Shown piece after piece: positions 1-9,882 of a stretch of DNA of 32,000 bases. Every line of letters starts with the position of its first letter. Within the stretch, counting starts at the first letter, position 1. This stretch comes from Candidatus Harpocratesius repetitus (GTDB lineage Archaea; Asgardarchaeota; Lokiarchaeia; Sigyniarchaeales; Promethearchaeaceae), in contig JAIZWK010000001.1 in the NCBI GenBank assembly GCA_021498095.1, positions 1,680,001 through 1,712,000 on the forward strand, in the 5' to 3' direction. The translations under genes were made by a program, and so were the position numbers. A model generated the notes under the pieces. The model searched no databases and was not told where the DNA came from. It worked only from the letters and a program-made list of their open reading frames with translations.

Positions 1-293
1 GCATGTATTGTAGGTTCAAAATGCATTCGATCTTGAGTGCAAATAAAAGCAACATCTGCGATTTTTCCAATTTTAGAAGATAATAATTCTTTCCATGAGC
101 GAAATGTGCAATTTTCAGAAATATTATGTTCTTTCTGAAAAAGCTTTCGTCTATCTGCTTTTGGTTCTGCAATCGCAATGAATTGAAGTTTATCTGGATG
201 TTTTAGTGCATAATTTCCATATGAATCTCTTCCTCGTGTGCCTGCTCCACATAATACAGCAGTTACTGGTTTTTGATATTTATTCAAATTCAT
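1..293 (-). CDS. Gfo/Idh/MocA family NAD(P)-dependent oxidoreductase, N-terminal part (runs off window edge)
   Basis: Not in ORF track. Manual translation from ATG at 293: MNLNKYQKPVTAVLCGAGTRGRDSYGNYALKHPDKLQFIAIAEPKADRRKLF...ADVAFICTQDRMHFEP. Rossmann GAGxRG motif plus the ICTxDxxH motif typical of the family. Confidence 0.9.
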   Translation of the reverse strand, partial: MNLNKYQKPVTAVLCGAGTRGRDSYGNYALKHPDKLQFIAIAEPKADRRKLFQKEHNISENCTFRSWKELLSSKIGKIADVAFICTQDRMHFEPTIH

Positions 294-799
294 TCAATCA
301 ATATCAAGCATTCTTCATCAAAAAAATGTTCTTTTATTATATATTTTTTTAAAAAAATGATATTAAGTTCATTTTAAGTATTATAATTAAAATATATTTT
401 CAATTCTCTGCTAATTCTCATAAAAACTTATTCAAGATTTAGCTATGTTTGCAATGTAATTTGGGTCATCTAATCAAATTGTTGTTTTTACCTGTTTTTC
501 TTCTTAAATCGAAGTGAAATTACATCTTACTCGAATTTTATCGAAAATTAATCGTTTTTTTTTTTCCTAAGACATTCATTTAAGCTAAGATTTCTATAAT
601 CCAATAATATCGATGATTGCATTCATTTGTGGAATTAAAAGCAAATTCCCTAATTTTGAGGGATTATATTCCCATACAAAAAAGTAATAATATGAGCCAA
701 AAATCTTCATTCCTCAAGAATCCAAGCATAAGTTTTAAATTATTTCTTAACAATGATTTACAACAGAAGAATAATTTTTTCTTCTGAACAACTTTTATT

Positions 800-804
800 A
801 GGAG
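800..804 (+). promoter_or_regulatory. Shine-Dalgarno-like AGGAG upstream of the protease
   Basis: AGGAG ends 6 nt before ATG at 811. Confidence 0.6.
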
Positions 805-810
805 AATAAA

Positions 811-3800
811 ATGAAGGATTTTAAATTCTCTCTATCGAAAACTCGTTATCGAATCGGTATTTTATTGTTAATAACCGTAATGATGTTGCCTATGGGGATG
901 GCAACTAGCAAGACGGTTGCTAACAATGCGGTAATGGGTGAAAACTATCAAACAGAAGATTTCTCTGTTTCAGACTTTGATTCAAATCAAGTCGAAATCG
1001 GAGCTCCATCACTCGGATATGAATCTTCAAAACTTGATGGTTTATTAAACGCTTGGGTAGAAAGTCAAACGCTACCAATTAACTTACGAACTGTGAATGG
1101 TAAAGTGAGTGTTTTAATCTTGACCGATAGTTTAGATCATACTTTTGGTGGAAAAATTCAAAGATTATCCACTATAAAGTTAAATGATCGAGTTTCTATT
1201 GTTCATGGTTTAGTAAGTGATCTGAAAACTCTAATGGAATTGACTATGAATCCCGATATTAGTAGTATTAGAGGGGATGAATATACTAGCGATGCAGTAA
1301 TTCCAACCAGTGATGAAATTCTACGTGAAGTTAACGTTGAAAAAATTGATAAAATGGATAACGATGTGATTGATGCTTTTGATGGTGATTCTGAAATTGT
1401 AGACACCCAAGATACTGCAGAATTAATTGGTGCAACTGCGGCTCATGATTTAGGATATAAAGGTGCCAACTCTATCATCCAAATTTCCGATACTGGGGTT
1501 GATTTTGGGCATTCTGCTTTATATGGTGCAGCGGCTATTGATTCTGAAGGAAATCCTATGTCACTTGAACCAAGTGGATTAGGTTTTGCGCTATCTAGCT
1601 TGTATCAATATGATTATTATATGGATGAAAATAGGGGTAATGATACTGAATATGCTCAGAATTTTGCTCCTGCTCATACAGATATCTATGGAGATATATA
1701 TGTTGGGGGTATGTGGGATGATTTACTTTCTGTTCGTCCTGAATATGACTCCTTATCATATATTACATGGGCCATAAATTACTATCTAGCCTTGGAAGGA
1801 TATTCTCTCCCTGATTATTATCATGTTGGAGATCTCGCAGGGAATGAGACTGGATTTGCATTTGGGGTTACTGCTGTGTTAAATGGTTATGGAACCAATA
1901 TGTACAACTTTGTTCCTTTTCTGATTGCTGATAGCGATGGCGATACCAATTATGATACCCTTTATTTAGATTTTGAAACAGGAATATTACTCTCCCGATG
2001 GTGGTATGGAATAATTAGTACAGATACTTTGATGTACAATGCTCGTTGGGATTTTAGTAAAAGTGCTCCAAAAACTAATGATGGTGATGTCTATCTTGGA
2101 GGCGATGTTGAATCTATTTATGGATGGGGTGATCATGATGGTTATAATGATATTTCTATTGGAGGTTTGGCTACTGCATTAGATTTGTTTAATTTCTCTG
2201 GAAATGCTATTCCGTTAATTAAAGGTATTGATCCAAGTGGACGATTATTCGCTCATATCTGGGATTATCAAGGTCATGGAACAAGCTGCTCTGGTAATGC
2301 AATCGGCCGAAATGTTACCTATCATCCATACTTAGATTATGGAAGCACAGTTGTTGATCCAATGGAATATAGTTTACAAGGAATTGCTCCTGAAGCGAAG
2401 TTATTGGGTGTTATGGGATTATATACAAGTGCAATTGATTATGGCTGGTTCTGGGGTGCAGGTTTTGAACCTGATGAGAATAATACTTGGACATTCCATC
2501 CTGGTTGTGATCATATTGTCAACTTAACCTCAAACAGCTGGGGCTTTTCCGATTTCCATTTTGGAAATATTGCAAACAGTCATGATTTCGAAACCATGTT
2601 AATGGATTATTTAAGCGTTCCTGGTTATATTGATCCTACATATCCGGGTGTATTATTCTTAGATTCATCAGGAAATGGTGGACCAGGATATGGAAATAAC
2701 CGAGAAACTGGTCATTCTACCTTAGGTTTAATGGTTGGAGCATCCACCAATCAAATGGTTCGTTCAGTTTGGTATGGAGGCGAGTATTATGGTGTGGAAC
2801 AACCTGCCGATTATCTCGCTGGGTGGACTGACTTTGGACCAAATATTGCTGGATATCCTACATTGGATGTGGTAAATGTAGGATCTTGGGAATGGAGTAT
2901 AAATCCTGTTAGTTGGAGTCGACCTTATAGTGATGGTGGTTATTATAACTATGACTACTTTGGAGGAACGAGCCAAGCTTGTCCTATGACTGCTGGTGCT
3001 ATGGCTGTGTTGTATGGTGCTTGGACCGATAACTTTGGAACTCAATTGAATCCAATGTTGGCAAAAGCCATTGTGAAAGCTACTGCAGTTGATCTTGGAT
3101 ATGATCCAAATATGCAAGGAAATGGTCGTGTTGATGTACTAAAGATGGTTGAATATGTCACAGGGACTTCAGATATTCTTGTAGCAATAAACAATGAATC
3201 TATTCACAATGCGGTTGCCGCATTTGAAGCTGCATTCTTTGGTTATTTTGAAGAAGATCATCCTGCTTTAGTCAATCAAACGATGGACGGTTCTCTCTAT
3301 TTTGGTAAATTATTGCCAAATGATGTTGTAGATATCGATTTTGATGTGCTTGGAACATATTCTTCATTAGATTTCACCACTAAGAAATTAGTTCAATCTT
3401 ATACTGAAGAAAATCACTCTGCTGATTTAGTGACTTTGGATTATTATAACTATTTCAACTTTAGTGATGTGTTTGATGTTGATTTATTGAAAACAGCTGA
3501 TTTCTTCCAGTTAACTCTGGCAATTGACCTCGATACCTTGGATTTCTACGAATACTATGCATACCCACCATTCTTGCGGATTGAAGGTTTTAACGGTACT
3601 AATAGAATCTACTTGGTAAATTCCTATAATGTTGGAAATTTCCAGACTCTCTTCTTACCCACAGATTTTCTGTATGATACTGATTGGACATGGCAAATTG
3701 TGGTAAGAGATTATGGATATCGATTTTATGGAGAAAGTTGGGGTTCTTATGGTACTTACTTCAATTTAGGAATACGCGCTTTTAATTGGGAAGAAGATAC

Positions 3801-5805
3801 AGCTATTTCTGTAACAAGCGTTGACAGTAATACCTTAAACGCTCAACTTACGGTTCCAAGTGACGCTGCTGCAGGTGTTTATCAAGGTTTTGTAGTAGTA
3901 AATAGCACAAACGATAATCACATGTTAGTTCCATACGGTTATATGGTAAGCACTGAAGTAAGCGAATACAATGAAAATGGATGGACTGAAATCACTGGTT
4001 TATCTAATCGCTTAAATGATATTGGACTATTTGGTGGCTATGATCATCATTGGCGCCCTGATGTTGGTGATTGGCGTTATTATGACTTTACCTTTAATAC
4101 AACTGGATTTACAGATCAATTCCCTAATACATTAGCTATTGAATTGAATTGGTCTATTGAAGGAACAGCCCTTGATATGTGGGTTGTTGATGCTTCTGGT
4201 TATGTTGCTGGTATGACAGATTATATCACCAGCGGTGGAACATACTACACCACGATTAACGCTCCTCCAAAAACACAAAGATTATTGATAGATATGTCTG
4301 GATATGTTGATGGACGCTGGACCGATTGGTATCAACCGAATATTTCAACTCACGATGATGTATGGGGACACTTTACTTTAGTCATTCACTCTGCACAAAT
4401 TGAGTACAATGACACTACTTTCTTGCTAGAACCGTTTAGTGTTCGTATGGCTTGGGTAAATGAAACCGTTTCCGATTTCTCTGATCCGGTTCCGTCATTC
4501 GATGTTGCTGGTGATGAAGTATTAGCAGATGGAACTCCAATCACAGATACATCAATTACTTGTGGATGGACTGCAGTAACTTCAAACCCAATTTCTGAAT
4601 TCGACAACACACCATATGGTTTTGATGTAGCATTAGTTCCTGGATATGAAATTAATATCATTGAACCTGTTTCATTAAGTGATTTTTATGGCGGTAAATA
4701 TTATTACCATGAATTCTATTTTGAAGCAGGAGACTATGTCAGCTTTACTCTTGGTTGGTCTGATGGTTCTGATCTTGATTTCTACCTTTATGATCCATCT
4801 GGAAATGAAATTGCACATGCTGCAACATTGACAAATCCGGAGTATATGGAAGTTCTTATTCCTGAAACTGGATACTATACCTTGGAAACTGAATATTATT
4901 CTGGAACTCAAGCTGATTTAACTCTGCTATATAATATATTAGTTGAACAAGGAACGCCTTATGTTTTCCATGGAGTTGTTGGGACTGACTTAACTATTGA
5001 TCTTGCAAGTGAAGGTCTTCCAGATGCCTCATATTTGGTAAATATGTATGGATATGGTTGGAATTATAATTATGAATACAGTGATGCATTCGTATTTGAT
5101 ACGAGCGCTCCAGTGATTGTGGATGCTCCCGTCGATTTTGAAATGGATTGGGGTACCACTGAAACCTTATCTATGCTTGTTAGCGAATGGAATGGAACTT
5201 ACTCTCTTTCTATTGATGGAACTGAAGTTGATTCTGGAATTGTTTCTGGAATGACCGAAATCTCATATGATTTTGAAGGAGTTGAACCAGGTGTATATAC
5301 AGTCTCATTAGAAGTTGTTGATGTAATTCTCTCTTTAACTACAACCTATTCTTTTGAGATAACAGTATTAAACACAGAAACCTTGATGGATGTAAGTGTT
5401 TCTGGAAGTGTCATTACAGTTGTTGGTATTGATGATACTATCAATTCAGGAACCTATACAATAACGGATGGTAGCACAACCTTAGCATCTGGAAGTTGGA
5501 CAAATGGAACTGCATTTACATTTGATATATCAACCGCTACTTTATCTGATGGTGTGCATTACATTAAAATAACTTTGAACGATGGCTATGGTGGAGAAGT
5601 TTCTGATGAAGTTATGGTAATTGTTAAAACTAATACTGTAACAGACGATACCACCAACGATACCACAACCGATGATACCGCAACCGATGATACTGCCACA
5701 GATGATGATTCTTCTGGTGGTGGAATCCCTGGATATGCAACTGGTGGGTTAATCGTTGTATCTTTAGCAGCAGCTGCTTTATTATTGAAGAAATATCGTA
5801 AATAA
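811..5805 (+). CDS. Large secreted, cell-surface-anchored S8 (subtilisin-like) serine protease, 1664 aa
   Basis: Signal peptide and prodomain. Triad D227 (ISDTGVD), H489 (GHGTS), S721 (GGTSQACP), oxyanion N622 (SGNGG). PPC-like domain (GDYVSFTLGW..SDLDFYLYDPSG), Ig/PKD-like modules, Thr/Asp linker, C-terminal IPGY + TM + basic tail. Confidence 0.93.
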   Translation: MKDFKFSLSKTRYRIGILLLITVMMLPMGMATSKTVANNAVMGENYQTEDFSVSDFDSNQVEIGAPSLGYESSKLDGLLNAWVESQTLPINLRTVNGKVSVLILTDSLDHTFGGKIQRLSTIKLNDRVSIVHGLVSDLKTLMELTMNPDISSIRGDEYTSDAVIPTSDEILREVNVEKIDKMDNDVIDAFDGDSEIVDTQDTAELIGATAAHDLGYKGANSIIQISDTGVDFGHSALYGAAAIDSEGNPMSLEPSGLGFALSSLYQYDYYMDENRGNDTEYAQNFAPAHTDIYGDIYVGGMWDDLLSVRPEYDSLSYITWAINYYLALEGYSLPDYYHVGDLAGNETGFAFGVTAVLNGYGTNMYNFVPFLIADSDGDTNYDTLYLDFETGILLSRWWYGIISTDTLMYNARWDFSKSAPKTNDGDVYLGGDVESIYGWGDHDGYNDISIGGLATALDLFNFSGNAIPLIKGIDPSGRLFAHIWDYQGHGTSCSGNAIGRNVTYHPYLDYGSTVVDPMEYSLQGIAPEAKLLGVMGLYTSAIDYGWFWGAGFEPDENNTWTFHPGCDHIVNLTSNSWGFSDFHFGNIANSHDFETMLMDYLSVPGYIDPTYPGVLFLDSSGNGGPGYGNNRETGHSTLGLMVGASTNQMVRSVWYGGEYYGVEQPADYLAGWTDFGPNIAGYPTLDVVNVGSWEWSINPVSWSRPYSDGGYYNYDYFGGTSQACPMTAGAMAVLYGAWTDNFGTQLNPMLAKAIVKATAVDLGYDPNMQGNGRVDVLKMVEYVTGTSDILVAINNESIHNAVAAFEAAFFGYFEEDHPALVNQTMDGSLYFGKLLPNDVVDIDFDVLGTYSSLDFTTKKLVQSYTEENHSADLVTLDYYNYFNFSDVFDVDLLKTADFFQLTLAIDLDTLDFYEYYAYPPFLRIEGFNGTNRIYLVNSYNVGNFQTLFLPTDFLYDTDWTWQIVVRDYGYRFYGESWGSYGTYFNLGIRAFNWEEDTAISVTSVDSNTLNAQLTVPSDAAAGVYQGFVVVNSTNDNHMLVPYGYMVSTEVSEYNENGWTEITGLSNRLNDIGLFGGYDHHWRPDVGDWRYYDFTFNTTGFTDQFPNTLAIELNWSIEGTALDMWVVDASGYVAGMTDYITSGGTYYTTINAPPKTQRLLIDMSGYVDGRWTDWYQPNISTHDDVWGHFTLVIHSAQIEYNDTTFLLEPFSVRMAWVNETVSDFSDPVPSFDVAGDEVLADGTPITDTSITCGWTAVTSNPISEFDNTPYGFDVALVPGYEINIIEPVSLSDFYGGKYYYHEFYFEAGDYVSFTLGWSDGSDLDFYLYDPSGNEIAHAATLTNPEYMEVLIPETGYYTLETEYYSGTQADLTLLYNILVEQGTPYVFHGVVGTDLTIDLASEGLPDASYLVNMYGYGWNYNYEYSDAFVFDTSAPVIVDAPVDFEMDWGTTETLSMLVSEWNGTYSLSIDGTEVDSGIVSGMTEISYDFEGVEPGVYTVSLEVVDVILSLTTTYSFEITVLNTETLMDVSVSGSVITVVGIDDTINSGTYTITDGSTTLASGSWTNGTAFTFDISTATLSDGVHYIKITLNDGYGGEVSDEVMVIVKTNTVTDDTTNDTTTDDTATDDTATDDDSSGGGIPGYATGGLIVVSLAAAALLLKKYRK
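5641..5712 (+). repeat. Coding imperfect tandem repeat (TDDT[T/A])n, low-complexity Thr/Asp linker
   Basis: Encodes TDDTTNDTTTDDTATDDTATDDDS; about five imperfect 12-15 nt units. Confidence 0.8.
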
Positions 5806-5837
5806 TAAGTGGTAAGTTGTAGAATAGAAATACTTTT

Positions 5838-5868
5838 ATTACTCCATTATTGGAGTAATTCTTTTTTT
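5838..5868 (+). terminator. Hairpin plus T-tract terminator after the protease
   Basis: Perfect 9-bp stem ATTACTCCA (5838-5846) / TGGAGTAAT (5851-5859), 4-nt loop TTAT, followed by TCTTTTTTT. Confidence 0.7.
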
Positions 5869-6058
5869 ATTATATTTTATTAATCTTATTTATTTCGGTT
5901 TAGTTAGGTTTATATTATTCTTTTGTAGAAAATACTTGATATCTCCAATAGATCATTTCATAAAATTGTTGATATTTTCAATACAAAAAATTTATTTGTT
6001 GTATGGGCGTTTCCATAAATTTACCCTCAAATTAAAAAACAGTTAATTAAAATAAGAA

Positions 6059-7613
6059 CATTAACGATGTAATTGGTTTTTTATAGTTTTTCTTGTCTTG
6101 AAATTTTTATAAAATCTTAATTTTGATTCAATTTCGGTAGAATTGTTCATATTTTACTTCTTTGCAGGGATGCATTACAATTTTGAGAGATAAAGGGAAT
6201 AATTTAAAAGCTACGCTTTCTTACCCTTGGATATGACCTCAAATCTTCGGGGAAATCCATCGGCTGCCACCGATATTGGAAAAATTACTCCCGATCTAAT
6301 TAATCCGCAGTTACTTTTAGATATTGTGAAAGTGATAGATCCTGTGATTTCCCAAAAATTGCCTCAGAAGCGAAGTGGATTTTCCTACACCATCTTCGTT
6401 TTATTTGCATGTTGTATGCAAATTTTAAGACTTTCGCCCCGACACACATCAGAAATTTTCCAAGAAAAGTGTTCTCGCGCTCAAATTTCATTTCAGTCCT
6501 ACTCAGTTACCAAATTCTCAAATGGCAAACAACGGAGATTCTTTCCAGATCAACCTGCTTTGTCTCGATGTCTCCAAACCTTGTCTAAGTTAGATTTAGT
6601 AGAAGAATTTTGGAATTCTGTACTTTTGGCACATTTATTAATTCTCAAATCTCTGAAAATTGTAGGTTCAGATCTAAAGTTAATAGCAGATTATATTGAT
6701 ACGCCGTGCAAGAAAAATAAAGACGATCTGTATTGTTTCGGAAAAAAAGAAGGAAAAACAGTTCATCGTACGCTTAGTTTTTCCGTTATTTCAGGTGATT
6801 TTCATCAAATGATTGCCAATTTCAAAATTAAAAAGCGTCAAGATAAACTCCCTTTGTTTCAAAAAATCCATCAGATCATAGTTTCTAACGGCTTTTCAGT
6901 AAAATATGCTATACTTGACAGAGGTTTTTATCGTAAACGAATACTAAAGTTCTTTCAGCAGAAACATGTGACCGTGATTATGCCTGGAAGAAAATGTGCA
7001 CAGACAAAACAAAAAATCAGAAATTACTTGAATGGAGTAGGTAAAAGATACTGTAAAGGTATGATTAAGGGTAAATACGTAAAAAAGAAAGGATTTTCAC
7101 CCATTAAATTCGATCTACTGCTTGTTGCTAAACGCTCTTTTAATTTAAAAGAAATCATTCAAGATCTTAATCAAAAGAAGATCAGTGAACAAGTCGCCAG
7201 CAGCCGTATTTTTCCCCTAATTGTTATGTTCTGCTCAAAATCTGGCATAAAAACCCTACACGGCAACGAGAATTATATCCGAGATCTTTATCGCCAAAGA
7301 TGGTTAATAGAAATCGCATTTCGTGAAATGAATCGGTTAGGCATTGCACAAAAGGTGCAAGATCGCAATATCCGGCTGAATATTATGGGAGTTCGGTGCT
7401 TTTTGTACAATATATGGCAGACACAACGATTTCTGATAAAAAGAAACGATCCTACCGCAGCAGATTTAGAATTGAATGAATTTCTTGGAATGTGCTCAAA
7501 TCATCGGTATCCATTATATTTATCATCCATGAGTTGAAAGGAACAATATTATAACAGATTAACGAATAGATTAATCTTAAATAGAAGAAAAAGGATCAAT
7601 TACATAGTGAATG
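6059..7613 (+). mobile_element. Complete insertion sequence (1555 bp), IS4-superfamily/ISH3-like DDE element
   Basis: Left end CATTAACGATGTAATTGGT (6059-6077) matches the reverse complement of the right end 7595-7613 (CATTCACTATGTAATTGAT) at 16/19. An exact 7-bp direct repeat ATAAGAA flanks both ends (6052-6058, 7614-7620). Encloses a transposase ORF. Confidence 0.9.
6227..7537 (+). CDS. DDE transposase (DDE_Tnp_1-like, ISH3/IS4 superfamily)
   Basis: D155 (LIADYID), D231 (ILDRGFY), E362 (YRQRWLIEIAFR, the Y-R-E signature region). Intact frame; start may be ATG 6233 rather than TTG 6227. Confidence 0.88.
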   Translation: MDMTSNLRGNPSAATDIGKITPDLINPQLLLDIVKVIDPVISQKLPQKRSGFSYTIFVLFACCMQILRLSPRHTSEIFQEKCSRAQISFQSYSVTKFSNGKQRRFFPDQPALSRCLQTLSKLDLVEEFWNSVLLAHLLILKSLKIVGSDLKLIADYIDTPCKKNKDDLYCFGKKEGKTVHRTLSFSVISGDFHQMIANFKIKKRQDKLPLFQKIHQIIVSNGFSVKYAILDRGFYRKRILKFFQQKHVTVIMPGRKCAQTKQKIRNYLNGVGKRYCKGMIKGKYVKKKGFSPIKFDLLLVAKRSFNLKEIIQDLNQKKISEQVASSRIFPLIVMFCSKSGIKTLHGNENYIRDLYRQRWLIEIAFREMNRLGIAQKVQDRNIRLNIMGVRCFLYNIWQTQRFLIKRNDPTAADLELNEFLGMCSNHRYPLYLSSMS

Positions 7614-7773
7614 ATAAGAAAAAACTAAAATGTTTTTCAAGATTTTCTTGGGAAAATTGCGGATAAGAAGAACTCTGCAAAGAATTAAATGATTCAATTT
7701 TCAAGATTAATATATAATTTAACTTTTATTCCATCAATCATTTTTGACAGATTATTGGCAGAAGATGTTGTTT

Positions 7774-9852
7774 ATGTCAGAAAAAAAACCCAAAATTGAA
7801 GCTTTAATCACTGAAGCAGAAGAGATGATTTCATCAAAACCTGCTGAAGCAGAGATGAAATTTCGCAATCTTCTTCAGTATGCATTAAATCCAATTTTGT
7901 GGTTGAGAATTCAATCAGGATTGGCATATAGTCTTTGGCAACAATCTAAATTAAGGGAAGCTGAACAAATCTATCAATTACTTCTAAACAGAGCAAAAGA
8001 TCTTGATGAAGACGAATTTATTGGTGATAGTTATATTGGATTGGCTAGAATTGCAATAAACGAAGCATCTTTGGATAAATCCGAAAACTATTGTGAAAAA
8101 GCACTGAAGATATATCAATTAAAAGGAATTTTAGAAAAAGAATTAACTACTTTAAACATCATTGGGGTAATTTATTATACCAAAGGGAATGCAAAATTAG
8201 CAATACAAACCTTCAAAAAATGTTTACAATTAATGCCACAGCGACCAATAGTATTATATGTAAATGTGCTTAATAATTTAGGTTTGGCTTATCGTTTACA
8301 AGGTAATATTGAAAAAGCTGCAGAATTTTTCTCCAGTGCGTTTGAATTTGCATCTAAGAATCATTTTAAATGGGTTTTAAGTATATTTGAAAATAATTTG
8401 GCAGAAACCTTGTGCTTACTAGGTGATTATCAGAAAGCTCTTCATCATCTGCAATATGGATTAGAAATTGCCAAAGAAAATAAAGATGTAAAAGGTGTAG
8501 CACTACTTAAAACAACTTATGCCAATTATTTAATACAAACCGGTCAACTTGATTTTGCTTATCAAGCAATCATTTCTGCTTTACAATTATATGAAAACTT
8601 GGATGATCCTTTTGGAGAGATCGATTCTTTACTTGTTTTTGCAAATTATTGGTTTATAAGAGGTCATTTGCAGAAAGCTCGAAAAAAACTGGAAAAAGCC
8701 TGGGATATTATCCAAAAATCTGGTTTTAAAGAATCTGCAATTGAGGTATTAATTTTTCTTGCTGAAATTTATGAAAATTTAGGAAATACTGACCTTGCTT
8801 ATAATTATATAAAATTTGCCAATTCAATTGCTCAAAAACGTGATTCAGATTTAGCACGTGCACAAGTTTTGACTCAACGTGGATTAATTATGGTAAATCA
8901 TAACCAATATCATGAAGCCGAATTAATACTTAATGATGCAATATGGTTAGCGAAGAAAATTCAACATTCTGATTTAGAGTATAAAGCAGAAATGCTTCTC
9001 GCACGAAATTTTTTAGGGCAATATATGCAAGATTACCGCAAACAAGATTTTCAAAGAGCAATAGAATTAATCCAAGATGCAAAAATTGTTTCAAAAAGAC
9101 AAAAACTAATTCCTCGCTATATTGAGGCACTAATTATTGAAGGGATGCTCCTTTCAAGTAGTGATTCTCATGGAGATGCTAAAAGAGTATTAATTCAAGC
9201 ACGCACTCTTGCAAATGAAAGAGGGATGTTGATTCAAGCTCAAACAGCTCATGAACGGCTATTATTGGTCACAGGTAGTGGTCAGTCAGAAGATATAAAA
9301 AAACCTTTTAAAAAAATTGTTTTATCTCTAATACTTGATGAAATCTCCCGAGCAACAACTACCTATCTTGAATCAAATTTTTCTGAAGTTGATTTAGATG
9401 AAACATTCATGGCTGTATTTACAATGGATCCAAAAATAGGAACTAAGATTTTAGAAACTGAAAATATTAATCTAGATGATGACTTTTGGTATAGACAGAT
9501 TTTTCAGATTGCTTCTCTTTATTCAATAAGTTTAGGACAAGATCATCTTTCACATAATAGATTATTTGGACCATTACCATTCGGTGAAACAGATTTGCGG
9601 AGTATTATATTCACTCGTACATTTTCTGAAACAATAAAAAATAGAGAAAATCAAGAAACCATTCTATTTTGCATGGTATTTCCTAAAGAAATGATGCCTT
9701 TATTCTATGATCGCAAACGAGTTGAAGTTTTTTTCGCAAATCAAACAGAACAATTGAGTTCAAGTAATCAAATTACGAAATCCTTCTTGAAAACGATGCA
9801 TGAAAATATAATTGCTGAAATTATTGCAGATCTTTATGATCCTATGATGTAA
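7774..9852 (+). CDS. TPR-repeat protein with C-terminal longin/uDENN-like alpha/beta domain
   Basis: About 12 helical TPR-like repeats (e.g. LNNLGLAYRLQGNIEKAAEFFSSA). C-terminal domain from about 9406 (FMAVFTMDPKIGTKIL...LFGPLP). ATG 7774 preferred over TTG 7744. TPR call is firm; the C-terminal fold is inferred. Confidence 0.8.
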   Translation: MSEKKPKIEALITEAEEMISSKPAEAEMKFRNLLQYALNPILWLRIQSGLAYSLWQQSKLREAEQIYQLLLNRAKDLDEDEFIGDSYIGLARIAINEASLDKSENYCEKALKIYQLKGILEKELTTLNIIGVIYYTKGNAKLAIQTFKKCLQLMPQRPIVLYVNVLNNLGLAYRLQGNIEKAAEFFSSAFEFASKNHFKWVLSIFENNLAETLCLLGDYQKALHHLQYGLEIAKENKDVKGVALLKTTYANYLIQTGQLDFAYQAIISALQLYENLDDPFGEIDSLLVFANYWFIRGHLQKARKKLEKAWDIIQKSGFKESAIEVLIFLAEIYENLGNTDLAYNYIKFANSIAQKRDSDLARAQVLTQRGLIMVNHNQYHEAELILNDAIWLAKKIQHSDLEYKAEMLLARNFLGQYMQDYRKQDFQRAIELIQDAKIVSKRQKLIPRYIEALIIEGMLLSSSDSHGDAKRVLIQARTLANERGMLIQAQTAHERLLLVTGSGQSEDIKKPFKKIVLSLILDEISRATTTYLESNFSEVDLDETFMAVFTMDPKIGTKILETENINLDDDFWYRQIFQIASLYSISLGQDHLSHNRLFGPLPFGETDLRSIIFTRTFSETIKNRENQETILFCMVFPKEMMPLFYDRKRVEVFFANQTEQLSSSNQITKSFLKTMHENIIAEIIADLYDPMM

Positions 9853-9882
9853 AATAAGAAAAAAAAAGCAAATGCTTTATTG

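Noticed and set aside
6004-6027. GC-richer patch GGGCGTTTCCATAAATTTACCC resembling an IS end
   Set aside because: No partner inverted copy found in the window; cannot be supported as a remnant.
6158-7684. 10-bp inverted repeat TTCTTTGCAG (6158-6167) / CTGCAAAGAA (7675-7684) as the ends of the first IS
   Set aside because: It does not extend inward and has at best a TGCA duplication. The 6059-7613 boundaries give a 16/19 TIR plus an exact 7-bp TSD.
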